64,000 nt of DNA, taken from contig OZ024741.1 in the NCBI GenBank assembly GCA_964016885.1, positions 257,052,001 to 257,116,000 of the forward strand, in the 5' to 3' direction. This DNA comes from Eledone cirrhosa (Eukaryota). Below, piece after piece: positions 38,618 through 52,902 of this stretch (within the stretch, counting starts at the first letter, position 1; every line of letters starts with the position of its first letter). Made by a program: the position numbers and the translations under genes. The notes under the pieces were generated by a model, which was given only the letters and a program-made list of their open reading frames with translations, searched no databases and was not told where the DNA came from.

Positions 38618-41600
38618 GTTTCGCTTTACGAGTGTTTCGACTTACGAGTGTTTCGACTTACGAGTGTTTCGGCTTACGAGTGTTTTGAATTACGAGTGTT
38701 TTGACTTACATGTGTTTCGACTTACGCGTGTTTCGACTTACGAGTGTTTCGACTTGCGAGTGTTTCGACTACGGGTGTTTCGACTTACGAATGTTTTGAC
38801 TTACGGATGTTTTGACTTACGGGTGTTTCGGCTTACGAGTGTTTCGACTTACGAGTGTTCTGACTTACGAGTGTTCTGACTTACGAGTGTTCCGACTTAC
38901 GAGTGTTTCGACTTAAGAGTGTTTCGGATTACGAGTGCTTCGACTTACGAGTGTTTCGGCTAACGAGTGTTTCGACTTACGAATGTTCTGACTACGAGTG
39001 TTCTGACTTACGGGTGTTCTGACTTACGAGTGTTCCGACTTACGAGTGTTTCGGCTTACGAGTGTTTCGGGTTACGAGTGTTTCGACTTACGAATGTTTT
39101 CGCTTACGAGTGTTTCCGCTTACGAGTGTTTCGACTTACGAGTGTTTCGACTTACGAGTGTTTTGACTTACGGTTTTTCGGCTTGCAAGTGTTTCGACAT
39201 ACGAGTGTTTTGACTTACGGGCGTTTCGACTTACGGGTGTTTCGACTTACGAGTGTTTCGACTTACGAGTGTTCTGACTTACGAGTGTTCTGACTTGCGA
39301 GTGTTCCGACTTACGAGTGTTTCGGCTTACGAGTGTTTCGACATACGAGTGTTTTGACTTACGGATGTTTCAACTTACGGGTGTTTCGACTTACGAGTGT
39401 TTCGACTTACGAGTGTTTTGACTTACGAATGTTTTGCCTTACGGGTGTTCCGGTTTACGAGTGTTTCGACTTACGAGTATTCTGACTTACGAGTGTTCCG
39501 ACTTACGTGTGTTTCGGCTTACGAGTGTTTCGGCTTACGAGTGTTTTGACTTACGAGTGTTCTGACTACGAGTGTTCTGACTTACGGGTGTTCTGACTTA
39601 CGGTGTTCCGACTTACGAGTGTTTCGGCTAATGAGTGTTTCGACTTACGGGCGTTTCGACTTACGGGTGTTTCGAATTACGAGTGTTTTGACTTACGAGT
39701 GTTCTGACTTACGAGTGTTTTGACTTACGAGTGTTCCGACTTACGAGTGTTTCGGCTTACGGGTGTTTCGACGTACGAGTATTTTTGGCTTACGAGTGTT
39801 TCGAGTTACGAGTGTTTTGAATTACGATTGTTTTGGCTTACGAGTGTTTCGACTTACGAGTATTTCGACTTACGAGTTTTTTTACTTACGGTGTTTCGGC
39901 TTACGAGTGTTTCGACTTACGAGTGTTTCGACTTACGGGTGTTTTGACATACGAGTGTTTCGATATGAGTGCTCTGACTTACGAGTGTTCTGACTTATGA
40001 GTGTTCTGACTTACGAGTGTTCTGACTTACGGGTGTTCTGACTTACGTGTGTTCCGACTTACGAGTGTTTCAGCTATGGGTGTTTCGACTTACGAGTGTT
40101 TCGACTTACGAATGTTTTGGCTTACGAGTGTTTCGGCTTACGTGTGTTTCGACTTACGAATGTTTTGGCTTACGAGTGTTTCGGCTTATGGGTGTTTCGA
40201 CTTACGAGTGTTTCGACTTACGAGTGTTTTGACTTACGGTGTTTCGGCTTACAAGTTATTCGACATACGAGTGTTTCGACTTACGGGTGTTTCGACTTAC
40301 GGGTGTTTCGACTTACGAGTGTTTCGACTTACGAGTGTTCTGACTTACGAGTGTTCTGACTTACGAGTGTTCTGACTTACGAGTGTTCCGACTTACGAGT
40401 GTTCCGACTTACGAGTGTTTTGACTTACGAGTGTTCTGACTTACGAGTGTTCTGACTTACGAGTGTTCCGACTTACGAGTGTTCCGACTTACGAGTGTTT
40501 CGGCTTACGAGTGTTTCGGCTTACTAATGTTTTCACTTACGAGTGTTTCGGTGTACGAGTGTTTCGACTTAAGGATGTTTCGACTTACGAGTGTTTCGAC
40601 TTACGAGTGTTTCGACTTACGAGTGTTTTGGCTTACGAATGTTTTTACTTACGGGTGTTTCGACTTACGGGTGTTTCGGCTTACGAGTGTTTCGACTTAC
40701 GAGTGTTTTGACTTACGAGTGTTCTGACTTACGAGTGTTCCGACTTACGAGTGTTCCGACTTACGAGTGTTTCGGCTTACGAGTGTTTCGGCTTACGAGT
40801 GTTTCGGCTTACGAGTGTTTTGACTTACGAGTGTTCTGACTACGAGTGTTCTGACTTACGGGTGTTCTGACTTACGAGTGTTCCGACTTACGAGTGTTTC
40901 GGCTAATGAGTGTTTCGACTTACGGGCGTTTCGACTTACGGGTGTTTCGACTTACGAGTGTTTTGACTTATGAGTGTTCAGACTTACGAGTGTTCTGACT
41001 TACGAGTGTTCCGACTTACGACTGTTTCGACTTACGAGTGTTTTGACTTACGAGTGTTCCGACTTACGATTGTTTCGGCTTACGGGTGTTTCGACGTACG
41101 AGTATTTTTGGCTTACGAGTGTTTCGACTTACGAGTGTTTTGAATTACGATTGTTTCGGCTTACGAGTGTTTCGACTTACGAGTATTTCGACGTACGAGT
41201 TTTTTTTCCTTACGGTGTTTCGGCTTACGAGTGTTTCGACTTATGAGTGTTTCGACTTACGAGTGTTCTGACTTACGAGTGTTCTGACTTGCGAGTGTTC
41301 CGACTTACGAGTGTTTCGGCTTACGAGTGTTTCGACATACGAGTGTTTTGACTTACGGATGTTTCGACTTACGGGTGTTTCGACTTACGAGTGTTTCGAC
41401 TTACGAGTGTTCCGACCTACGAGGGTTTCAGCTTACGGGTGTTCCGGCTTATGAGTATTTTCGGCTTACGTGTGTTTCGACTTACGAGTGTTTTGACTTA
41501 CGATTGTTTCGGCTTACGAGTGTTTCGACTTACGAGTGTTTCTACTTACGAGTGTTTTGACTTACGATTGTTTCGGCTTACGAGTGTTTCGACTTACGAG

Positions 41601-41662
41601 TGTTCTGACTTACGAGTGTTCTGACTTACGAGTGTTCTGACTTACGAGTGTTTCGACTTACG

Positions 41663-41732
41663 AAAATAACAAATAGACGCGGTTTCAAATCTGTATGCTT
41701 TTCAAGTTCATTACATTAATCTTTATTTATAC
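41663..41732 (+). repeat. 70-bp spacer, copy 10 (type B')
   Basis: Duplicate of copy 6 at offset 15275. Confidence 0.97.
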
Positions 41733-43657
41733 GTTTCGCTTTACGAATGTTTCGACTTACGAGTGTTTCGACTTACGAGTGTTTCGACTTACGGGTGTTT
41801 CGACTTACGAGTGTTTCGACATACGAGTGTTCTGACTACGAGTGTTCTGACTTACGGGTGCTCTGACTTACGAGTGTTTCGACTTACGAGTGTTTCGACT
41901 TACGAGTGTTTCGACTTACGAGTGTTTCGGCTTACGAGTGTTTCGACTTACTAATGTTTTTACTTACGAGTGTTTCGGTGTACGAGTGTTTCGACTTAAG
42001 GATGTTTCGACTTACGAGTGTTTCGACTTACGAGTGTTTTGGCTTACGTGAGTTTCGACTTAAGAGTGTTCTGATTTACGAGTGTTCTGACTTGCGGGTG
42101 TTCTGATTTACGAGTGTTCCGACTTACGAGTGTTTCGGCTTATGAGTGTTTCGACTTACGAGTGTTTCGGCTTACGAGTGTTTCGACTTATGGGCGTTTC
42201 GACTTACGAGTGTTTTTACTTACGGTGTTTCGGCTTACGAGTGCTTCGACATACGAGTGTTTTGACTTACGTGTGTTTCGACTTACGAGTGTTTTGACTT
42301 ACGAATGTTTTGACTTACGAGTGTTTCGGCGTACGAGAGTTTTGACTTACGAGTGTTTCTACTTACGAGTGTTTCGACTTACGAGTGTTTTGACTTACGA
42401 ATGTTTTGACTTACGGGTGTTTCGGCTTACGAGTGTTTCGACTTACGAGTCTTTCGGCTTACGAGTGTTTCGACTTACTAATGTTTTTACTTACGAGTGT
42501 TTCGGCGTACGAGTGTTTCGACTTACGAGTGTTTCGGCTTACGAGTGTTTCGACTTACTAATGTTTTTACTTACGAGTGTTTCGGCGTACGAGTGTTTCG
42601 ACTTACGAGTGTTTTTACTTAAGGGTGTTTCGACTTACGTGTATTTTTGGCTTACGAGTGTTTCGACTTACGAGTGTTTTGACTTACGAGTGTTCTGATT
42701 TACGGATGTTTCGACATACGAGTGTTTTGACTTACGATGTTTCGACTTACGAGTGTTTCGACTTACGAGTGTTTCGACTTACGGGTGTTTCGACTTACGA
42801 GTGTTTCAACTTACGAGTGTTTCGACTTACGAATGTTTCGACTTACGGGTGTTTCGGCTTACGAGTGTTTCGACTTACGAGTGTTCTGACTTACGAGTGT
42901 TCTGACTTACGAGTGTTCCGGCTTACGAGTTTTTCGACTTACGAGTGTTTCGACTTACGAGTGTTTCGACTTACGAGTGTTTCGGCTTACGAGTGGTTTG
43001 ACTTACGAGTGTTCTGACTACGAGTGTTCTGACTTACGAGTGTTTCGGCTTATGATTGTTTCGACTTACGAGTGTTTCGGTTTATGAGTGTTTCGACTTA
43101 CGAGTGTTTCGGCTTACGAGTGTTTCGACTTACGAGTGTTTCGACTTACGGGTGTTTCGACTTACGAGTGTTTCGTCTACGAGTGTTTCGGCTTACGAGT
43201 GTTTCGACATACGGGTGTTTCGACTTACGGTGTTTCGGCTTACGAGTGTTTCGACTTACGAGTGTTCTGACTTACGAGTGTTCTGACTTATGAGTGTTCC
43301 GACTTACGAGTGTTTCGGCTTACGAGTGTTTCGGCTTACGAGTGTTTCGACTTACGAGTGTTTCGACTTACGAGTGTTTCGACTTATGAGTGTTTTGACT
43401 TACGGTGTTTCGGCTTACGAGTGTTTCGACTTACGAGTGTTTTGACTTACTGGTGTTTTGACATACGAGTGTTTCGATACGAGTGTTTCGACTTACGAGT
43501 GTTCTGACTTACGAGTGTTCTGACTTACGAGTGTTCTGACTTACGAGTGTTCTAACTTACGAGTGTTCTGACTTACGAGTGTTCTGACTTACGAGTGTTC
43601 CGACTTACGAGTGTTTCGGCTCACGAGTGTTTCGGCTTACGAGTGTTTCGACTTACG

Positions 43658-43727
43658 AAAATAACAAATAGACGCGGTTTCAAATCTCTATGCTTTTCAA
43701 ATTCAGTACATTAATCTTTACTTATAC
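43658..43727 (+). repeat. 70-bp spacer, copy 11 (type A, TTACTTATAC end)
   Basis: Duplicate of copy 7 at offset 15275. Confidence 0.97.
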
Positions 43728-46700
43728 GTTTCGCTTTACGAGTGTTTCGACTTACGAGTGTTTCGACTTACGAGTGTTTCGGCTTACGAGTGTTTTGACT
43801 TACGAGTGTTTTGACTTACATGTGTTTCGACTTACGCGTGTTTCGACTTACGAGTGTTTCGACTTGCGAGTGTTTCGACTACGGGTGTTTCGACTTACGA
43901 ATGTTTTGACTTACGGATGTTTCGGCTTACGAGTGTTTCGACTTACGAGTGTTCTGACTTACGAGTGTTCTGACTTACGAGTGTTCTGACTTACGAGTGT
44001 TCCGACTTACGAGTGTTTCGACTTAAGAGTGTTTCGGATTACGAGTGCTTCGACTTACGAGTGTTTCGGCTAACGAGTGTTTCGACTTACGAGTATTCTG
44101 ACTACGAGTGTTCTGACTTACGGGTGTTCTGACTTACGAGTGTTCCGACTTACGAGTGTTTCGGCTTTCGAGTGTTTCGACTTACGAGTGTTTCGGGTTA
44201 CGAGTGTTTCGACTTACGAATGTTTTCGCTTACGAGTGTTTCCGCTTTCGCGTGTTTCGAATTACGAGTGTTTCGACTTACGAGTGTTTTGACTTACGGT
44301 TTTTCGGCTTGCGAGTGTTTCGACATACGAGTGTTTTGACTTACGGATGTTTAAACTTACGGGTGTTTCGACTTACGAGTGTTTCGACTCACGAGTGTTC
44401 TGACTACGAGTGTTCTGACTTACGGGTGCTCTGACTTACGAGTGTTTCGACTTACGAATGTTTCGACTTACGAGTGTTTCGACTTACGAGTGTTTCGACT
44501 TACGAGTGTTTTGACTTACGAATGTTTTGCCTTACGGGTGTTCCGGTTTACGAGTGTTTCGACTTACGAGTATTCTGACTTACGAGTGTTCCGACTTACG
44601 GGTGTTTCGACTTACGAGTGTTTCGACTTACGAGTGTTCCGACCTATGAGGGTTTCGGCTTACTGGTGTTCCGACTTACGAGTATTTTCGGCTGACGAGT
44701 GTTTCGAGTTACGAGTGTTTTGACTTACGATTGTTTCGGCTTACGAGTGTTTCGGCTTACGAGTGTTTTGATTTACGAGTGTTTTGACTTACGGGTGTTT
44801 CGACTTACGCGTGTTTCGACTTACGAGTGTTTCGACTTACGAGTGTTTCGGCTTATGAGTGTTTCGAATTACGAGTGTTTTGACTTACGGGTGTTTTGAC
44901 ATACGAGTGTTTCGGTACGAGTGTTCTGACTTACGAGTGTTCTGACTTACGAGTGTTCTGACTTACGAGTGTTCTGACTAACGGGTGTTCTGACTTACGA
45001 GTGTTCCGACTTACGAGTGTTTCGGCTTACGGGTGTTTCGACTTACGAGTGTTTTGACTTACGAGTGTTCTGACTTACGAGTGTTCTGACTTACGAGTGT
45101 TCTGACTTACGACTGTTTCGACTTACGAGTGTTTTGACTTACGAGTGTTCCGACTTACGTGTGTTTCGGCTTACGGGTGTTTCGACGTACGAGTATTTTT
45201 GGCTTACGAGTGTTTCGACTTACGAGTGTTTTGAATTACGATTGTTTCGGCTTACGAGTGTTTCGACTTACGAGTATTTCGACTTACGAGTGTTTTGACT
45301 TACGGGTGTTTTGACATACGAGTGTTTCGATACGAGTGCTCTGACTTACGAGTGTTCTGACTTACGAGTGTTCTGACTTACGAGTGTTCTGACTTACGGG
45401 TGTTCTGACTTACGTGTGTTCCGACTTACAAGTGTTTCGGCTATGGGTGTTTCGACTTACAAGTGTTTCGACTTACGAATGTTTTGGCTTACGAGTGTTT
45501 CGGCTTACGAGTGTTTCGACTTACGAATGTTTTGGCTTACGAGTGTTTCGTTTTATGGGTGTTTCGACTTACGAGTGTTTCGACTTACGAGTGTTTCGAC
45601 TTACTAATGTTTTTACTTACGAGTGTTTCGGTGTACGAGTGTTTCGACTGAAGGATGTTTCGACTTACGAGTGTTTCGACTTACGAGTGTTTCGGCTTAC
45701 GTGAGTTTCGACTTAAGAGTGTTCTGATTTACGAGTGTTCTGACTTGCGGGTGTTCTGATTTACGAGTGTTCCGACTTACGAGTGTTTCGGCTTATGAGT
45801 GTTTCGACTTACGAGTGTTTCGGCTTACGAGTGTTTCGACTTATGGGCGTTTCGACTTACGAGTGTTTTTACTTACGGTGTTTCGGCTTACGAGTGCTTC
45901 GACATACGAGTGTTTTGACTTACGTGTGTTTCGACTTACGAGTGTTTTGACTTACGAATGTTTTGACTTACGAGTGTTTCGGCGTACGAGAGTTTTGACT
46001 TACGAGTGTTTCTACTTACGAGTGTTTCGACTTACGAGTGTTTTGACTTACGAATGTTTTGACTTACGGGTGTTTCGGCTTACGAGTGTTTCGACTTACG
46101 AGTCTTTCGGCTTACGAGTGTTTCGACTTACTAATGTTTTTACTTACGAGTGTTTCGGCGTACGAGTGTTTCGACTTACGAGTGTTTCGGCTTACGAGTG
46201 TTTCGACTTACTAATGTTTTTACTTACGAGTGTTTCGGCGTACGAGTGTTTCGACTTACGAGTGTTTTTACTTAAGGGTGTTTCGACTTACGTGTATTTT
46301 TGGCTTACGAGTGTTTCGACTTACGAGTGTTTTGACTTACGAGTGTTCTGATTTACGGATGTTTCGACATACGAGTGTTTTTTTACTTACGATGTTTCGA
46401 CTTACGAGTGTTTCGACTTACGAGTGTTTCGACTTACGGGTGTTTCGACTTACGAGTGTTTCAACTTACGAGTGTTTCGACTTACGAATGTTTCGACTTA
46501 CGGGTGTTTCGGCTTACGAGTGTTTCGACTTACGAGTGTTCTGACTTACGAGTGTTCTGACTTACGAGTGTTCCGGCTTACGAGTTTTTCGACTTACGAG
46601 TGTTTCGACTTACGAGTGTTTCGACTTACGAGTGTTTCGGCTTACGAGTGGTTTGACTTACGAGTGTTCTGACTACGAGTGTTCTGACTTACGAATGTTT

Positions 46701-47328
46701 CGGCTTATGAGTGTTTCGACTTACGAGTGTTTCGGTATATGAGTGTTTCGACTTACGAGTGTTTCGGCTTACGAGTGTTTCGACTTACGAGTGTTTCGAC
46801 TTACGGGTGTTTCGACTTACGAGTGTTTCGTCTACGAGTGTTTCGGCTTACGAGTGTTTCGACATACGGGTGTTTCGACTTACGGTGTTTCGGCTTACGA
46901 GTGTTTCGACTTACGAGTGTTCTGACTTACGAGTGTTCTGACTTATGAGTGTTCTGACTTACGAGTGTTCCGACTTACGAGTGTTTCGGCTTACGAGTGT
47001 TTCGGCTTACGAGAGTTTCGACTTACGAGTGTTTCGACTTACGAGTGTTTCGACTTATGAGTGTTTTGACTTACGGTGTTTCGGCTTACGAGTGTTTCGA
47101 CTTACGAGTGTTTTGACTTACTGGTGTTTTGACATACGAGTGTTTCGATACGAGTGTTTCGTCTTACGAGTGTTCTGACTTACGAGTGTTCTGACTTACG
47201 AGTGTTCTGACTTACGAGTGTTCTAACTTACGAGTGTTCTGACTTACGAGTGTTCTGACTTACGAGTGTTCCGACTTACGAGTGTTTCGGCTCACGAGTG
47301 TTTCGGCTTACGAGTGTTTCGACTTACG

Positions 47329-47398
47329 AAAATAACAAATAGACGCGGTTTCAAATCTCTATGCTTTTCAAATTCAGTACATTAATCTTTATTTATAC
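47329..47398 (+). repeat. 70-bp spacer, copy 12 (type A)
   Basis: Duplicate of copy 8 at offset 15277. Confidence 0.97.
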
Positions 47399-50300
47399 GT
47401 TTCGCTTTACGAGTGTTTAGACTTACGAGTGTTTCGACTTACGAGTGTTTCGGCTTACGAGTGTTTTGACTTACGAGTGTTTTGACTTACATGTGTTTCG
47501 ACTTACGCGTGTTTCGACTTACGAGTGTTTCGACTTGCGAGTGTTTCGACTACGGGTGTTTCGACTTACGAATGTTTTGACTTACGGATGTTTTGACTTA
47601 CGGGTGTTTCGGCGTACGAGTGTTTCGACTTACGAGTGTTCTGACTTACGAGTGTTCTGACTTACGAGTGTTCTGACTTACGAGTGTTCCGACTTACGAG
47701 TGTTTCGACTTAAGAGTGTTTCGGATTACGAGTGCTTCGACTTACGAGTGTTTCGGCTAACGAGTGTTTCGACTTACGAGTATTCTGACTACGAGTGTTC
47801 TGACTTACGGGTGTTCTGACTTACCAGTGTTCCGACTTACGAGTGTTTCGGCTTTCGAGTGTTTCGACTTACGAGTGTTTCGGGTTACGAGTGTTTCGAC
47901 TTACGAATGTTTTCGCTTACGAGTGTTTCCGCTTACGAGTGTTTCGACTTACGAGTGTTTCGACTTACGAGTGTTTTGACTTACGGTTTTTCGGCTTGCG
48001 AGTGTTTCGACATACGAGTGTTTTGACTTACGGATGTTTCAACGTACGGGTGTTTCGACTTACGAGTGTTTCGACTTACGAGTGTTCTGACTACGAGTGT
48101 TCTGACTTACGGGTGCTCTGACTTACGAGTGTTTCGACTTACGAGTGTTTCGACTTACGAGTGTTTCGGCTTACGAGTGTTTCGACTTACGAGTGTTTTG
48201 ACTTACGAATGTTTTGCCTTACGGGTGTTCCGGTTTACGAGCGTTTCGACTTACGAGTATTCTGACTTACGAGTGTTCCGACTTACGGGTGTTTCGACTT
48301 ACGAGTGTTTCGACTTACGAGTGTTCCGACCTATGAGGGTTTCGGCTTACTGGTGTTCCGACTTACGAGTATTTTCGGCTGACGAGTGTTTCGAGATACG
48401 AGTGTTTTGACTTACGATTGTTTCGGCTTACGAGTGTTTCGGCTTACGAGTGTTTTGATTTACGAGTGTTTTGACTTACGGGTGTTTCGACTTACGCGTG
48501 TTTCGACTTACGAGTGTTTCGACTTACGAGTGTTTCGGCTTATGAGTGTTTCGAATTACGAGTGTTTTGACTTACAGGTGTTTTGACATACGAGTGTTTC
48601 GGTACGAGTGTTCTGACTTACGAGTGTTCTGACTCACGAGTGTTCTGACTTACGAGTGTTCTGACTAACGGGTGTTCTGACTTACGAGTGTTCCGACTTA
48701 CGAGTGTTTCGGCTATGAGTGTTTTGACTTACGGGTGTTTCGACTTACGGGTGTTTCGACTTATGAGTGTTTCGACTTACGTGTGTTTCCGCTTACGAGT
48801 GTTTCGGCTTACGAGTGTTTCGAATTACGAGTGTTTTGGCTTACGAATGTTTTGACTTACGGGTGTTTCGACTTACGGGTGTTTCGGCTTACGAGTGTTT
48901 CGACTTACGAGTGTTTTGACTTACGAGTGTTCTGACTTACGAGTGTTCTGACTTACGAGTGTTCCGACTTACGAGTGTTCCGACTTACGAGTGTTTCGGC
49001 TTACGAGTGTTTCGGCTTACGAGTGTTTCGGCTTACGAGTGTTTTGACTTACGAGTGTTCTCACTACGAGTGTTCTGACTTACGGGTGTTCTGACTTACG
49101 AGTGTTCCGACTTACGAGTGTTTCGGCTAATGAGTGTTTCGACTTACGGGCTTTTCGACTTACGGGTGTTTCGACTTACGAGTGTTTTGACTTACGAGTG
49201 TTCTGACTTACGAGTGTTCTGACTTACGAGAGTTCCGACTTACGACTGTTTCGACTTACGAGTGTTTTGACTTACGAGTGTTCCGACTTACGAGTGTTTT
49301 GAATTACGATTGTTTCGGCTTACGAGTGTTTCGAATTACGAGTATTTCGACTTACGAGTTTTTTTACTTACGGTGTTTCGGCGTACGAGTGTTTCGACTT
49401 ATGAGTGTTCTGATTTACGGATGTTTCGACATACGAGTGTTTTGACTTACGGTGTTTCGACTTACGGTGTTTTGACTTACGAGTGTTTCGACTTACGGGT
49501 GTTTCGACTTACGAGTGTTTCGACTTACGAGTGTTTCGACTTACAGGTGTTTCGGCTTACGAGTGTTTCGACTTACGAGTGTTCTGACTTACGAGTGTTC
49601 TGACTTACGAGTGTTCCGGCTTACGAGTTTTTCGACTTACGAGTGTTTCGACTTACGAGTGTTTCGGCTTACAAGTGTTTCGGCTTACGAGTGGTTTGAC
49701 TTACGAGTGTTCTGACTACGAATGTTCTGTCTTACGAGTGTTTCGACTTACGAGTGTTTCGGCTTATGAGTGTTTCGACGTACGAGTGTTTCGGCTTACG
49801 AGTGTTTCGACTTACGAGTGTTTCGACTTACGGGTGTTTCTACTTAGGAGTGTTTCGACTACGAGTGTTTCGACTTACGAGTGTTTCGGCTTACGAGTGT
49901 TTCGACTTATGGGTGTTTCGACTTACGAGTGTTTTTACTTACGGTGTTTCGGCTTACGAGTGTTTCGACATACGAGTGTTTTGACTTACGGGTGTTTCGA
50001 CTTACGAGTGTTTCGACTTACGAATGTTTTGACTTACGGGTGTTTCGGCTTACGAGTGTTTCGATTTATGAGTGTTTCGGCTTACGAGTGTTTCGACTTA
50101 CTAATGTTTTTACTTACGAGTGTTTCGGCGTACGAGAGTTTTGACTTACGAGTGTTTCTACTTACGAGTGTTTCGACGTACGAGTGTTTTGACTTACGAA
50201 TGTTTCGACTTACGGGTGTTTCGGCTTACGAGTGTTTCGACTTACGAGTCTTTCGGCTTACGAGTGTTTCGACTTACTAATGTTTTTACTTACGAGTGTT

Positions 50301-52458
50301 TCGGCGTACGAGTGTTTCGACTTACGAGTGTTTCGACTTACGGGTGTTTTGACTTACGGGTGTTTCGGCTTACGAGTGTTTCGACTTACGAGTGTTTTGA
50401 CTTAAGGGTGTTTCGACTTACGAGTATTTTTGGCTTACGAGTGTTTCGACTTACGAGTGTTTTGACTTACGAGTGTTCTAATTTACGGATGTTTCGACAT
50501 ACGAGTGTTTTGACTTACGAGTGTATCGACTTACGAGTGTTTCGACTTACGAGTGTTTCGGCTTACGAGTGGTTTGACTTACGAGTGTTCTGACTACGAG
50601 TGTTTTGACTTACGAGTGTTTCGGCTTATGAGTGTTTCGACTTACGAGTGTTTCGGCTTATGAGTGTTTCGACTTACGAGTGTTTCGGTTTACGAGTGTT
50701 TCGACTTACGAGTGTTTCGACTTACGGGTGTTCCGACTTACGAGTGTTTCGACTACGAGTGTTTCGACTTACGAGTGTTTCGGCTTACGAGTGTTTCGAC
50801 ATACGGGTGTTTCGACTTACGATGTTTCGGCTTACGAGTGTTTCGACTTACGAGTGTTCTGACTTACGAGTGTTCTGACTTATGAGTGTTCTGACTTACG
50901 AGTGTTCCGACTTACGAGTGTTTCGGCTTACGGGTGTTTCGACTTACGGGTGTTTCGACTTAAGAGTGTTTCGACTTACGAGCGCTTCGACTTACGAGTG
51001 TTCTGACTTACGAGTGTTCCGACTTACGAGTGTTTCTGCTTACGAGTGTTTGGACTTACGAGTGTTTCGACTTACGAGTGTTTCGGCGTACGAGTGTTTT
51101 GACTTACGAGTGTTTCGACTGACGAGTGTTTCGACTTACGAGTGCTTTGACTTACGAATGTTTTGACTTACTTCGACATACGAGTGATCTGACTTACGAG
51201 TGTTCCTACTTACGAGTGTTTCGACTTACGAGTATTTCGACTTGTGAGTGTTTCGACTTACGAGTGTTTCGACTTACGAGTGTTCTGACTTACGAGTGTT
51301 CTGACTTACGAGTGTTCCGACTTACGAGTGTTTCGGCTTACGAGTGTTTCGACTTACGAGTGTTCCGACTTACGCGTCTTTCGACTTACGAGTGTTTCGG
51401 CTTATGAGTGTTTCGACTTACGAGTGCTTCGGCTTACGAGTGTTTCGACATACGAGTGTTCTGACTTACGACTGTTCTGACTTACGAATGTTCCGACTTA
51501 CGAGTCTTTCGACTTACGAATGTTTTGGCTTACGAGTGTTTCGGCTTATGAGTGTTTCGACTTACGAGTGTTTCGACATACGAGTGTTTTGACTTACGGG
51601 TGTTTCGACTTACGGGTGTTTCGACTTAAGAGTGTTTCGACTTACGAGCGCTTCAACTTACGAGTGTTCTGACTTACGAGTGTTCCGACTTACGAGTGTT
51701 TCGGCTTACGAGTGTTTCGACTTACGAGTGTTCCGGCTTACGCGTGTTTCGACTTACGAGTGTTTCGGCTTATGAGTGTTTCGACTTACGAGTGCTTCGG
51801 CTTACGAGTGTTTCGACTTACGAGTGTTTCGGCTTACGAGTGTTTCGACTTACGAATGTTTTGGCTTACGAGTGTTTCGGCTTACGAGTGTTTCGACTTA
51901 CGACTGTTTCGACTTACGAGTGTTTCTGCTTACGAATGTTTTGACTTACGAGTATTTCGGCTTACAAGTGTTTCGACTTACGACTGTTTTGACTTACGGT
52001 TGTTTCGGCTTACGACTGTTTCGACTTACGAGTGTTTCGGCTTACGAGTGTTTCGGCTTACGAGTGTTTCGACTTACGAGTGTTTGGGCTTACGAGTGTT
52101 TCAGTGTTTCGGCTTACGTGTGTTTCGACTTACGAGTGTTTCGATTTACGAGTGTTTCGGCTTACGAGTGTTTCGGCTTACGAGTGTTTCGGCTTATTAT
52201 ATATAAACGTTTCTATTTCCATCGTTTTATCGTAAACGTTTATATATTCCCATCGTTATATCATAACGTGTATATTTCCGTCACTAATCTCTTTTTCTCC
52301 TTTTTCGTTTTAACATATATTTATTTCAAAGATTTCACCGTATAGATAACATATATATTTATACATGCATAAAAGACACACTGAGAGACGGTGAATATGT
52401 GGTGCCAAAAACATTTCTAATCCAAATCTCAACAATATCAGTATATACACTAGATTTG

Positions 52459-52495
52459 CTAGCAGAAAACCGCCCACCGGGTTGTTTTCTGCTAG
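52459..52495. other. Hairpin, second copy
   Basis: Same sequence as 37182-37218. Confidence 0.9.
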
Positions 52496-52510
52496 TCTAT
52501 ATATATAAAA

Positions 52511-52902
52511 CTGAGGATGTCTGTCTGTGTGTGAGTTTGAATCCCTAAAACTCGAGAACCACCCAACCGACTGTTTTCAAACTTTACACATGTAATACTT
52601 ACGTTTCAGGGAGTGTTCTGAGCAAACAATATTTCAAATTTTCAATGCCCTAGCGACCACATTAGGCGATTTAGGGATCTCTCTCTATAATTCTTAGTCT
52701 TTCTCTTTTTAGATAGATACATACATATAACGTCGTGCCCTTATAATATCTGTCTGTATGTCTGGCTGTCTGCATTACGTCACTTCCCTGAGGATGTCTG
52801 TCTGTGTGTGTGTCTGTGAGTTTGAATCCCTAAAATGCGAAAAGTACCCAACCGATTTTTTTCAAACTTTACATGTGTATTACTTATGTTTCAGGGAGTG
52901 TT
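52511..52902 (+). repeat. Diverged ~110-bp direct repeat pair inside island 2 (52511-52617 and 52788-52902)
   Basis: Same as the pair in island 1. Confidence 0.95.

Larger units (their letters stand above)
37661..52196 (+). repeat. 16-bp satellite array, block 2
   Basis: Same monomer and orientation. Lies between the two 741-bp islands and contains four 70-bp spacers. Confidence 0.99.
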